Assembly (NCBI GenBank): GCA_038496445.1
Contig: JALMLS010000376.1
Location: 124,001-188,000 of the forward strand
Source: Trichosphaerium sp. ATCC 40318
Lineage: Eukaryota > Protista > Tubulinea
Length of the DNA stretch: 64,000 nt
Reading direction: 5' to 3'
Shown: in pieces, positions 27,890 to 41,169 of the stretch
How positions within the stretch are numbered: the stretch's first letter is position 1
How the letters are laid out: the number at the start of each line of letters is the position of its first letter
Notes under the pieces: model-generated
The model's database searches: none
Told to the model about the DNA's origin: nothing
Seen by the model: the letters and a program-made list of their open reading frames with translations, nothing else
Program-made: the position numbers and the translations under genes

Positions 27890-30800
27890 CTAAGGAAGAA
27901 GTACAATCGGCCGGTGTAATATAAGCTCAGGAGGGATATTCTTGTCATTTCGCACTAATACAAGGTTAACAAAAAAAACATGAAACAATAATTTCTTTTA
28001 CTACGTACCGATATGACTACGTGCTGTCTTTGACCGTAACTTATTCGATGAAGACGGTCCGAGAATCTCTTGAATTTTTAAAACCTTGCTGAGTGTTTCG
28101 CCTGGATCCATCCATTGTTTCATATCATCCAGTAACTCGGCAGATAAGCAATTCTGAGCCTAAACATATATGGTTAGATATGTTCAAAAAAAGATCCATT
28201 GTTTACGACTCTACGTACATCATTTGCCATAAATACAGAGAGTGCGAACATGTGGAGGGTGCAAACAATCGATTGGTTGTAAATACTCCTTTCCGAAGCA
28301 TCTAACCAAGATATCGTGCAAAAATGAGAAGGTTTGTAAATTTTCAATGCCATCGAATAAGATTGATAAAAGTGGTCAGCAGCTTCATCATAACGCCCTT
28401 GCAAGAAAGCAATATTTCCTGAGATACAGCGTTAGCAACAAAAGTAAATCAAACAGGTCATAAGTCATACCAAGCTGATGTCGGACTGTACTACCGTAAA
28501 CTTGAGTGTGTTCATCACAAATTGGAAGAGAACGCTCGAAATTACTTTTGGCTTTTTCAATATGTCCTTCATCCCCTTGAGATTTGCTCTGTGTAGCTTT
28601 TTTAAAGTATACAATGCCTTCGTTATGAGATAGTGCTGCCAAGTTCACATGTGTGGCGTTGAAAAATGTATTCATTATCGCCTTAGCCACTTGGAAAGCG
28701 TTGAGAGCTTCTTGTAAATTATCCTATAACAGGTTGTTAGACATAGAGTTTACTTTGTCCAATAGAGCTTGCGTACCTCAACAGTGTAAATAACACCAAG
28801 ATTATGGATTGCAACAGCCATTAGAGGGTGGAAAGGAAGACCTCTATTGTTACAGTTAATACTAATTAAAGTACTTAATAATTATTACGCACCTCAATTT
28901 AGAGTTCGAAGTAGCTACAACTCTACGTGATATAACAGCGTTTAGCCTATCACGTAAAAATTTGATACCCTCCCAAAGGGTAAGCTGAGCAGAAATCTTA
29001 TCTCCCTTGCGCAGAAGAATAGCGGACTAAAGAAGGATAAGACAAATATAACAAATGGAGTACCAAACGTACTCTTGTAATGTATAATCTACCAACAAGC
29101 ACAACGTTATCTTTTGGCAAGAGAGTACTCAAGTGCATTCCAAAACCACAAATCTTTGTTCCCTACAGAAACGCAGTGTTAGTAATCGGTTACGAGCTGA
29201 ACTTTTATCTTGCTTACCTCATCGTAGTGGGAGAGTGTTAGTAGCAAGCAAGCAACACAATTCAAAGATTTAATGATACTAGCCACCATTCTCTTCATAT
29301 TATTCTGCCTAGCCTAAAACAATCATGTCAATAAAACCAGGTGCCAGTGTAAAACAATTGTACCTGTAGCTCATCATTAGGATTTCGCACAGAAAGCTCT
29401 TCTTTCACATTTGCGAATAAAATTTCTTCCAGCTTTTTACGTTCATGTGTTTTACCACTCTGACCACGTGTTGCAAGCCACGTTTGAAGGCCACTTGCAT
29501 TTGCTGGCGATAATTGGAATAAGAGCTCTTTCTTCTTTTCAATGATACCAGGCTGTAAAAACTTCATTGTAACCGACTTTGTAGGATCGTAGTAACCTTT
29601 AAATAGATTGTATGCAGCCTTTAAGAAGTAAGTAAATGAATCTGAAGATAGTCTGATTAACACGAACCTCAAAGTCTTGTCCAAGAACATGTAGCCAAGC
29701 TAATGAATTTGCAGCCTCGAGGAGTGTATACAATACTTCCCGTTGGAGGTTATCTGTTCCTTTGTTAAGGATATCGTACAACTGATTCCGTGCTTCAAGA
29801 AGGAAGGTTTCAGCCTTCTGTAAGTAAGCATAAGATGTTGCACGGGTTATCTACACAATTTACCTTATTTGGTTCTCTGTAACAACTACGCCAAACTTTT
29901 CCTTGGCCCCAGAGACACTTGGCACGAAGTAAAGCTGCTTCTAAATACACAAGTTCCTTTGGATCAGTGTTACGCAGTTTGTTGTTTATTGCTTGGAGAG
30001 CAAGGTTGAAGTGACTAATAAGTTAGATTTTTCTAAATGGTTAAGGTATTATACGTACACTAAAGCATCCTCAGCCCTAGCACAGGCTTCGTACAAGTAC
30101 TCGCCCATATTATAACGAAGCTTTGCGGCTTCGTAGAGAATATCTACTGGATCATTGTTACCGGTAGGTACACGTGCAAGGTCCTTCAAGATCGTTAATG
30201 AAAAAACAAATGGTGTGGAGTACGTACCTTCGTTGCTGCTGTTACTGCTCTTGCGTGAGGGAATAGGGTATGGAAAACATCCCAAGCCATCAAATCTCTG
30301 AGCAAATGTTAGTAAAACTTTTTTCTCTTTACAAACTACGAAAATTACGTGAAATAAAAAACGTACTTGTGGTTTGCAAAACAAAACGAGTTTTGCATCA
30401 ACTCAATAGCATGATTGATATTAACAGCACCCCAAGATGTGCTATCATTAGCTTGGTGCCACAGCTTCCAACGAACAATTTCTTGTGTAAAGTACAACAA
30501 ACTTATTGTACCAGACTTGGTATCTTGCTCTACAATACCCCATTGCGCTAACAAATTGATGTATTTTTCTGTTCTTTCTCGTTGTTTCCTAAACGTTCCC
30601 TTTAGATGCGGGTCACATAAGTCTTTTAATTAATTTGTACCGCCACTCAAAAGCCTTTTTTCTTTGTTCCTTTGGTAGGATGTAGTACGGCACTTTGTCG
30701 AGCAAAAATAACGGAATATTTTCCCTGTAATTCAAATGTGTTAAACTATCAATTTGTAGCATAGTGTAAAGTACCTGTCCATAAAGGCAGCGAACTGAAG

Positions 30801-33597
30801 AATGAGGTTTCGGCTCTTTTTGCCAGCGCCAAGTTCTGTTTTAAGCTCATTGAGGGCCAAGTCAAGAGTTGGACACAAAGGAATATGACCGTCCATAAAA
30901 CCATCAATATATTCCTGTCCAAAAAGTGCCAAGTCGAAGCGAGGGCCTGACGTTGGATCATCAGGGTCCACCTTTTCTGTGAGTTTGGAGTATAATAGTG
31001 CTAGTGGATTCTTTTCATTGTGTTCATCATATTTTTGTAGAATGTGACTACTTTGTACAAGAGCAAGTGGTAGATAGTGAAGTGTTTTAACAATATTCCG
31101 AGCCAAATTAACTTGTTCATGATTATCCCAATCGAATTTTATATTCTTGACAAGTAATTGTATTGCATCGTTATCCTAAAATAATAATTGAGTTAAATTG
31201 TACATAAAGACAGAAAAAAAATATGACCGTTGGGAGATATTGGAAAATACACAGAATGACGTAAACGCACGTGTTTTAGAGGTTTCAAGTGGATTGTGTG
31301 AAGTTTCTCTGATAGTTGTGGTGCAAGTTTTGGATCAGAGCGAACAGAACGTCGTGATATAAATATTAAATGACCTCCTACCATTGGTGTTAAATAACAA
31401 CTTTTTATTGGTGAAGGAAAATAGTAAAAAAAAGAAATTACGAATTTACGGTTGCACTCACCTCGTTTTGGAAAATAACAAGTGAGGTCGTCGCCATTTC
31501 CTACGTTGGTAGTTTCTTGTTCAAAAATGAGTAACCACGGTCCATGATTCTCCAAGTGCCGTATTGTAGACTCAAGTTGTACTTTCCAATCGATAGCCTT
31601 CCAGCTACCAGATAGTGCAGCAGATAATTGGCCAAAGTTTTGTTTTATTTTACCCTATTAGACGGTTTAGAGCGTAAGAATAAAAGACTTTAGTTACTTG
31701 TTTCATCCACCAAATAACGGAGTACGAGCTTCGTTGTTCATGGCAATACTTTCGAACTAATTGTGTTTTACCGATACCACATCTCCCGAATATATTAACA
31801 ACTATCGTTGGAGACTCTGCCACTGCTGCCGCATCGCCTACGACCAAGTGTTACAATAAAGTTATTAGGTATAATAATATGGCGTACCCAACATCGTCTT
31901 GAGGGACGTGATCTCATCGGACCTACCAACAAAGTGTTTCGTTGGTATATCAAAATTGATAATTCTGCCAAGTTGTCCACCCACATGCGGTTGTGGTAAT
32001 GCGACCGTATTCGTTCCCGTGTCCATTGCTTGAGCACGTCTACGAGTCATAGTTCCAACCTTCATTGATGGTATTACTTTGGTTGGCGGAGCGTAATTCT
32101 CTGTCCTTTGTCGTTTTCTACGAAAAAGTAAAAAAAAAATTATGATAAAGCCAGTTTTGCAATTCCTTACCTAGTCGGTTGTTGCGATGTATCATTCGAA
32201 TTAGATCTACGACCATTCTGTTTCCTGGCCTTATATTTCAACTCAAATGGTTCAGAATCCCAAACCCAGTTCTGGTATTTAACACGAACAGCAACAAACA
32301 ATTGAACTTTAGAGTCACGAGAGTTTGATTGCTTAAGAATAAATAAACATTTTTTCGAAAGAAATTTTGGTTCGTACTTTTTGGTTCGTAGACTTCCTTC
32401 CAGAATACAAAAAGCAAATAGGTGTACACTGAGGAACAAGTTTCGTTATTTTAGCTGTACCGTTTTTTATTCCTTTCCAACTGAGACTTGGTGACGCTTT
32501 TAGATACGTAGCGTGGCGACCGCACATGGCAGGCTCAAGTGCAGAATCAGATCCACGTTTGCAATGAAACTGCAGTTCAACGTGATCCGCAGTAGCTAAA
32601 CATCTTGTTTACAGTGCACACTTATTCCTTAACGTACTGACAAAAGGTTCTGCAGCATAGCCTCCATCCGCATTGTATTTGTGGTGCATCATATCACGGT
32701 TATCTCGCGCATTAACAACAATCTGGTTGATGCTCTATGAATAAAAAAGTAAGGCGCCAAGTGGTATCAAGTGTTTTCGTCATACGGTTAAATACTCCAA
32801 AGAGATAGTTTTAGCATACGCAGGACTCGTTTCGAATTGAAGAAATAATTGAGTGCCACGACCAGCCTGAATTACAGATGCCTTTTGATTAACGGTGACC
32901 TATTCGAAGGAGAAAGGCTTATAAGCACACCACTTGGGAAAATGAAAGTTCACGGTACCTTCCCTACAATGTGTACGGCTTGTGCGTGCTGTGCTTCAGA
33001 TTCCGAGAGGTGTCGCTCCAATAACTGTGGTTGTAAATCTCGGGCTGCTTGTTGTTGTTGTCGACAGCGTACCCACTCGTCGTTGGGTAAATTCCAGTTA
33101 GCCCCCATGCCAAATTCGGGTGGTTGCATCATCGATGATGGTAGCATCTCTTCTTCGCCCATCCTTGTCAAGTTTTAGAGTTGGCCATTTAATTTTTTTC
33201 CGCAAATAATTTGTTCGTAGCAAAAAAGGATAATAGACATGGAACGTGGTTAAAGAAAATAACGTGGTATAATTTAAGCGTTGTTTGTTGCTTTTTAGAT
33301 AATTTAAAGAGTTGAAGAACCAAACATTTAAAATAAACATTTAATAAGGTAATACGCGTTAATAATGCGTACCGTTGCATATTTTGTGTAACTAAGCGAG
33401 CAACTGCTATATCGTGATGTGGGTTGCCGTGTATGCCCCAGGCATCAAGCCCTTGGTCCATACTACCTGTTCGACGCATAGAATTAATTTTGATTTGCTT
33501 TCTCCATTCTTTGGTTACCTCCGTATGTTTTCTGTGGGATCTGTTCCCAATGGGCATCATAACCGTCAACTGGCGCTTCTTCGTTTTTTAAATTCAT
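27890..33597 (-). CDS. NLR-like STAND NTPase: N-terminal putative p53/CudA-like DNA-binding domain, NB-ARC, TPR repeats
   Basis: FVGRSDEI; Walker A GRCGIGKT (about 31764-31787); SYSVIWW; Walker B-like WLLIFEQ; GHLIFISR; LHYLPLALVQ; TPRs (HPLMAVAIHNLGVIY, GRYDEAADHFYQSYSM); about 20 introns. Confidence 0.85.
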
Positions 33598-33737
33598 AAC
33601 CCTACAGTAGCATTTTAAAGTGTTCCCTTCTTTAATGATTTGGGAACGGTATTTTGAACTTTTTTTGACTTTTTTTTTTACACAACGGGCTTCTAGATGC
33701 CCTAGTTACAGTCGTACAAATCTATACAGACTCTTCT

Positions 33738-35445
33738 TTAAAATAGAGCGTTCTTTTTCTTTGTCGTGTGTGGTTGAAACTGGCAAGAAAACGCTTTCGC
33801 GCCATAGTTTATATACACGTCAATCTTTGATGTATTTCCGCTAGCAACTAAAACCTAAACGGAGATTCACATGTGTTTATTTTGTTTGTTTAAAACGGCG
33901 ACTTAGTTTTTCGTCAAGTTTTTTTTTTCGAAACCAAAGACTGCTTTCGTACCTTGTTGTTTTTGGCCATTGATAAAGAGAACAGTGATCTAGATGACGC
34001 TTGAGATCTTATTTTTAGTTCCCCGGAGATGCTCCAGTGCCACACGTGGCTATCAGGACCAACAGAAATAACCTACAAGCCTATTATTTTATAGAATTTC
34101 TCACTTCAATTATGTACTTTGTTGTCCACAGAATGCTTGTCAAACATCACACACTGTGGTGCGCCTACGGTGGGCATATATCTAAAGCATTCGTAAATAT
34201 GGGAACAACGACAATCCCAAAAGTCACACAAGACGCTAGAACTTACGCAGTGGTACTAAGCATTGGTAGATACCAAACTGAGAGACACTTTGACGTTCCA
34301 CAAACCTTTGAAGATAAAAATAAATACACCATGTCACAGAAAACAGAAATTTCTTTGTACCATCCAATTTCCATTTGCATCAATGTCGAGGCAGCCCACC
34401 CAGCCTGCTTGCGACTTCGCGTTGTCGTCATCCAATTGTATACCCATAAGAGGGTCTAACGTACAGACATTGTTCATTGAGCGCGCGTCTATGGCCCAGT
34501 GAGAGTTGTAGTTTTGTGTTACGTACCCCAAAATTTTACTGTGCCATCATTTGACCCTGACACAATTTGTCGCGTTATGTTATTGGACTTGACGCAATGA
34601 ACATAGTCTTGGTGCCCAGTGAATGAATGCATTGGTACCTGCTTTTCCAGGTCCCAACAATGTACATTGCCATCTCCAGTGCCAGAGAAGAGGTTTTGCT
34701 AGATATTTGATAAGTACTATTCAAGGATTTGTGTAAATGTCAATCTTTTAGATAACATACCATTGAGTCAACCGCCAAACTATTTGTTTCTGCTACAGGT
34801 CCTAAAGCGCCCATATAGCCCTAAATACAAGTCAATAATACACCTACAAGAAAAACCGCTCGTACGGTTTTTTGTGGGTTAACGAGTTTGCACAAAGTTG
34901 GTAGGTTGGCTGTTTTGACACCTGAAGAAATTGCATCGAGAATGTTTTGCCAATTCCAAACATTGACATGTGATTCACCTCCACTAAAAACACTAAGTTA
35001 TTATTTCACAGCAATAAAAGCAACTTTACCAAACCAATGTTACACCAGGTTGACGATCTATAAATGTTGACGTGTATATCGCTCCAATATCTGTTTGTAT
35101 GTAGAAATCCGGTGTTGGATTGTGCGCCATGCTGATAAATATTAGCATTGCCGTTACGTCTTTCTTCTACCTGTCTTTTGAGGTCCAAAATGCTGGATCC
35201 TACGTTGCAATAAGGGTTTGAACAGTAATTTCGGCAGTTGTACTCACAAAGAACGCTTTGATGTGCCATACACTCAATTGGCCACTATCATTACCAGCAA
35301 CGAGGTATTCGCCGTCTGGAGATAAAGAAGTAGTGTAAACTATGCAATTTTTTTCTGCGCGTTGCTGTTTCAAATATTGCTCGTATGTGTCTTCATCTAG
35401 AAAGTTTTCGAACCCTGACGGTGTTTTGAAAAGACTTTCGGCCAT
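33738..35445 (-). CDS. THOC6: THO complex subunit 6 (WD40)
   Basis: LSPDGEYLVAGNDSGQLSVW; PVAETNSLAVD; FTGHQDYVHCV; GWVGCLDIDANGNWMVCG; C-terminal IDVYINYGAKAFS. Confidence 0.85.
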
Positions 35446-35576
35446 AGTATTTATCAAGCGAGTTATAAACCGAAGTGTACCTCCCTCTTGCGTATAGCGT
35501 TGAAATAGGCATGTGCCACTTTTCAAAATAAGTCAATTTAACAGAGGCACCGCGGGTGACGTCGCCGCTGGCTGTA

Positions 35577-37342
35577 ATGAGCAATCAAGCTGACAAATCT
35601 ACCTTTACGTCTACACCGAGACCGTAGGCATTACATCTTTGTAACATGTCAATAACACACTGTAGGCAACTGTCACAGAGCGATTCACAGCGAAAACCTG
35701 CTCAGAGTGCGTTTGTGTTTTTGTAATAGTTTTTACCCATCGTTTAGGTGTCGGTAATGCGCCAGCAGCTAAATTAAGTGCTGTGGCGAAAGAAGGTAAC
35801 GTTTGTAAATAAATTCGCACCTAACGTACTCAAGCCGCCGCTATGCGCTTCTATAGCGCCGACAGATCAAAAGTTGACGTTTCAGCTGTGCCACAAACTG
35901 TAGAAGGTTTAAAAATTTTGATTGTACGGTTTCTGGCAATAAAACGGCGTTAACATGTACAAAATAGAAAAAAGGCGCTTGGAAATCGGTACTAAAATTG
36001 GCTGACACTTGTATTTCAAACGCCACCTTACCACACCATAAATTACAATTTCGCTTGTGCATTATTATTGCGTTGATGAAAATGCGAATGTACCAAACAG
36101 CATGGAATGAATTTGGTAAACTTGGAAACTTCGAGGACCCAGAGCATCAATACCAACACTACCCTGACGTGTATCCAGGACAAAAAGGTTTGTCAACTGA
36201 CACGCCATTTTTACTGAACCAATTTGTTACTAGGTTCAATGATTCCCTTTTCGATGCGTTTGTTATTAGCAGAATTACCATACTACCTTGGCAAAGACCC
36301 GAACCTAGATGCGCTGTATTCTTTGCTTCAGATGTGCACCGAGCAAGTTGAAGCCTTGGCCACACAAGATGTAAAAGATGAGAAAACACCAGAAAAAGAA
36401 CCCGAGAATACAGAAGAAGGTAATCAAACTACAGAAGAGAGCACAGAAAAGAATGATGAGTCGAGTGATTCAAAGGACGAAGAAAAAGTTGAAGACCTTA
36501 CAAGTGATGCTGCGCATGTGCCTTCGTTAGATTTGGGCGCTAAGGTAAATGATCCACTCTCAAATTATGTTGGCGTGTCATCTACAGGTATGCACCACTT
36601 ACAGTGTACAACTAATGTTTTCACAGACGAACCACGTGTTTGGATAGAGCGGCAAAATCGCGTCTTGTTATCACTTGCTACGCGACTAATAAGAAACAAT
36701 GAAGTGCTACTGGCGCTACAGTTGTTTAATAGAGTACTTTCAAAATGTCCTACTGATGCTGTGATTATTTCAGCTTGCGGGAGACTATTACTACAGGCAC
36801 AAAAATGTTAGAAATTCAGTTCGCTTACACGATTAGATTGGTAATGTTCAAAGCGCTTCTAGATTGTTTAAACGTGTGGAATCTATAGTAGAGAACCCAG
36901 AGAAATCAGTGTTAGTATGCGTGAACAAGTAGGTCATCTTTGTGCGAAAAAACATTAACACAAAACATTAGAGGTTACCTCGCGTTGGTTCAAGAGGAAC
37001 CTGGCGAGGCGTTAGGTTGCTTCGATAGAGCGTCTATGCTTGATCCATCTAGTACCGTTGTTGCGAACAATAAGGCCTTGTGTATGTTGTACAACGGTAA
37101 ACTACCGGAAGCTATCGAATTTTTAGGCGCGTTTTTCGGTTTCTGGGCGCGTTTTAACATTTTTTTCAGAATCGTTTGCAAAAGTCGACCCTGAAAGGCA
37201 CCTTACTGATGACTTGGTGTTTAATTTATGCACAATGTACGACCTGCAATCTGCCAAGTCTGCAGTGAAGAAAAAGAAGCTTTTGGAGCTCATTTCAGCG
37301 TATGCTCCTGATTCTTTCGATTTGACAGTACTTGGCTTGTAA
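35577..37342 (+). CDS. TRAPPC12: Trafficking protein particle complex subunit 12 (TPR)
   Basis: [73 protein letters not shown]. Confidence 0.92.
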
Positions 37343-37553
37343 ATAGTAATAAAAAGTGGTTGCTGTCTTTGGAAGCTCAAATTGCACTAAAAAACGCGGG
37401 AAGTACTCGACGAAACTTCATATTTTTCAATTCCCGCCAATTTTGCCAAGTCAGTCGAATTCAAGCGTCCCGCCACAGCCATTATTTAAAGATTCATAAA
37501 CTGGTGAAGTGTTGTAAACACTTCTTTAATTCTGTCCTAATAGTAGTTTTCAA

Positions 37554-39024
37554 ATGACCACAACAACCGTAAGCCTAATTTTGCGAGCCGTTTAAAAGTT
37601 GTTAATCCCTTTAGAATACCGTTAGTATCGACAACGCACTTGTGCAGCATTCACGCAGCTTTTTACTTGCTTATCAACCGGTAAGATTTAAAACGCAACC
37701 CTACAAATCTAATGTATTTCGCAGAGATGCCCTCCTAAACCAGACTTGTGGCAAAAATTTTATGAGATTGTTCTCTTCGCGCCTGCGCAACAGGTAAAAT
37801 TGCTGTTAGCCTTCAATTCTAATCTCTTTTAGGCAGCAAACCCTATTCCAAAGAAATCCACACCCAAAGCTCGTCGTGTCGCTTCTAAGCCAAAACCAAA
37901 GGCCCAGCGCACTACACGACAACCTTTCACAAAGATTATTAATAAATCACGACCAGCAATTCAAGCGAGCAAGCCTGCATCTAAAACTAAAGCCGTGCGA
38001 GCACGTAAATCAATTTTTGGAACACAAAATGGCGCCAGACTATCACAAACACCAAAGGCTCGTAAAGTCCTCGGCAGTATCAACGTTGAGCGTCATTGCG
38101 CTTCCGTTGGCAAGATGAAGGTATAATTCAGCACTTTCTCCTCATTTTGCTTATTTTTGCCAAAGTCACAGCAATCAAACGTTGGACGCGCTCAAATTAT
38201 ATACAAAGATAGAAAAGTTCCATCTAGCCCATCGACGTACGCATTTTTAAGCTTTTCTTTTGTACAAAAGGGATAGACTTTTAATTTTTTTTTGTAGATT
38301 TACAACTGCCTCTACTCGTGCATCCAGTTCTTCAAAGTTGAGCGCCCGCATCATGCCAGCACCTATGGTGCGTGTTGCACCTCTATCAGTCACTGGTGGT
38401 TGTGTATCTGTTGCGAAAGACGCAAGCCCACTCACCGTAAAGAATGTTGTTCATACAAAAGCCAGTAAAAAAGCGACACCAAGCAAATCGCGAGGAAGTG
38501 TACGTTAAATTTTTCAAATTATTTTTTTTTTGTATTTGGCGCGAAATTTCTTTATTGATTTTTTTGTTAGCCTGCACGCGAATCCAATGAACACAGACTT
38601 ACACAACGCCAAAAACAAATTGACATTGGCTATAATACCGTTGGATACCTTCGTCTTGTGGAATTATTCGCAGACAAGGAACAACGACCAAAAATTTACA
38701 CTCACCAACAAGAGGATGAGCCTGCCAAAAAATTGGCTGTACCAGCAACGCCAGATAAGTACCAAGGTATGTCATTACAATCTGTCTCTTTATTTGAACC
38801 ATACTCATCTCTTTTTAGTGTGTTCTAAGCGTTCCTGGGATGGCCAAGTCAGAAAATGGCGCAGACTCCTTCATCAATTCGATCCTGAAGATCTCGATAA
38901 ACAGAAATATGCTTCAAAGTTGAAGCCATTCGAGAGACGCGTAGTTACCCCAAAGGATCAGCGCACTTGTACTAATAAGCAAGCCCAAGAACAGACATCT
39001 CCAAGACGTCAACTAATTTTTTAA
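37554..39024 (+). CDS. SLBP: Histone mRNA stem-loop binding protein
   Basis: RLTQRQKQIDIGYNTVGY...PATPDKYQVCSKRSWDGQVRKWRRLLHQFDP is the SLBP RNA-binding domain; basic low-complexity N-terminal exons. Confidence 0.88.
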
Positions 39025-39386
39025 TGTGAAATATACCCTGTACTTTATTACTTGTTGTCTTGTTTTCGTGTTTTAGTTAGACTTTGGTAAACTTGTAATT
39101 CACCTCTCTGAAAGAACTTTTCGTTGAATTAATGTAAAGTGTACCGTGTTACACTTCCAAACGCACTTTATCTCAGTTTTGTTGCTTAGCATTACTAAGA
39201 TTTATCAATGGTCCATTCCTAGTTGCACTGTATAGTCTTAGAGTTCCATATACTTCCTGCCTGTATTCATGCTGATGCAACTGTTCGGTTACGTGTGAAA
39301 CGACATATAGAACAGGTAAATGCCTTATTTGTGTTGAATAACTTAAATGTGTCATTAAATTTTGAGGTTTAGCTTAGATAACGACT

Positions 39387-41169
39387 ATGAGCGCGTCTGA
39401 GATTGAAACAAAGCGATTGGAGAATATGAGAAAAGGCCTGAAAAAAATGCGTCCTTCAGCGACATTGGTTATGAATAACATCATGAAACAGCGCCAACAG
39501 AAAGGTTTGAGCGTCTACAAGTTTGGTTTTGGGCAATCTCCTTTTCCCGTTCCTGAAGAAGTTGTACAAGCACTGAGAGACGCTGGTGAGTGATACGACG
39601 CTTTCAAAACACCTTTTAAGCTTTTCAAGCTACAAACAAGCGCTTACATTGCTACAGCACCCGCAAAGGACTATTTACCATCCCTCGGACTGCATGAGCT
39701 GCGTGAAGCAATGGCAAAGTGGATGAATGCTAGATCAACTTACAAATACGCGCACGTGAATTCCAAACTTTTTTAGTGTTTGATTTACAGCTTGAGAAAA
39801 AAAGGTGTTGCTGGTTTTTCTCTTTTACTAATGTTGCGCTAGGAGTGATAATGTCGCCATTGGACCTGGTACCAAGCAGCTCATATATGGGTTGATGGTA
39901 TGTCTTGACGCTCACGTGATGATACCTAATCCAGCGCAAGTTGTCCAGTTTCCAAGGCATATTTCGTTGTGTTCACATTTACTAGTTGGGTGTCGTATGC
40001 TCCTCAAGCAGAACTTGCTGGACGTAAGCTTATCGTTGTACCTACCGCTGAAAATGATTGGAGAATGACCCCAGAGGTAAGTTCGTAAAACGACATTACC
40101 CTAAGTTTTTTTGAAGGCTTTAGAAGAAGCTTGTTGTAGTGACGAGAAAACCAAGCTGCTAATTTTTACTTCTCCTAATAATCCAACTGGTATTTCGTAC
40201 ACTACCGAAGAACTCGCTGCTTTTGCAAAAGTACTCGCAAAACATGATGTGGTTGTATTGGCGGATGAGATTTACACTGAACTCGGCTTTAGTACTATCT
40301 CAGTTTGGCACTGCTTTTATTCTTACATTTCCAATAGATGGCATTGTTGGTTCTTTGGCTGATCACTTACCTGAACGTACTATAAGAAGTACCGGGTTAT
40401 CCAAGTGGTGTGGTGCAGGTAAATCTTATCTGTCTCTGATTGGCGTTAACCCCTTTTATAGGTGGATGGCGTGTTGGTGCTATTTTTGTGCCAAACGAAA
40501 TCAAATTTCTTCTTGAACCTCTAGAGTCATTTGCAAGTGAGACCTTCTCTACTGTTGCATCACCTCTACAAGTAAGTTCGAGTATTGCTTATTTTTCTAT
40601 TACTAAACTTCCATCAGATCGCTACTATTGCAGCATGCAATACTGAGTCTGAACAGCTAAAAAAGTATATTGTTGATTCTCGCAAAGTTCTTCAAGCCTT
40701 AGCCAATGTTGTTATTCCTAAAATGCGTGATGCAAATATTACTGTAGCTACACCTGATGCAGCTTGGTATGCAATGCCTTCTTTCGAATACTATAGAGCA
40801 TCTTTGGAGAAGAGAGGCATAAAAGATAGTGAAACACTTGCAAAGTAAGTTACTTTGTTTTGTTTCGAAAACATGCAAATTATTCACCTTGTTTTTTTAG
40901 CCGTCTGCTCGAAGAAACTGGTGTCGGTATTCTTGCAGGTTTTTGTTTTGGTAGGGAAAACAAAGAGCTATCTGCAAGAATGTGTTTTGTAGATTTTGAT
41001 GGAAGCGCAGCCCTGAAACATGTCAATGTAATGTTACTTCTCAAACAAAAAATATGACTCACCCACGTTTTAGGAGCTACAATCTTTGGGTGACAAGAAA
41101 TGGGTCGAAAAGTACACACCAAATGTAGTTAAAGGATTAGACGTAATGATTAAATGGCTGAAGGAGTAG
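39387..41169 (+). CDS. PLP-dependent class I/II aminotransferase (bacterial aspartate aminotransferase Ib-like)
   Basis: SATL...FGFGQSPFPVP; YLPSLGLHELREA; PAWVSY; SPNNPTG; DEIY; GLSKWCGAGGWRVG (PLP lysine). Confidence 0.92.

Noticed and set aside
33189-33569. Stand-alone 126-aa ORF
   Set aside because: Better explained as the second exon of the NLR-like gene plus intron read-through
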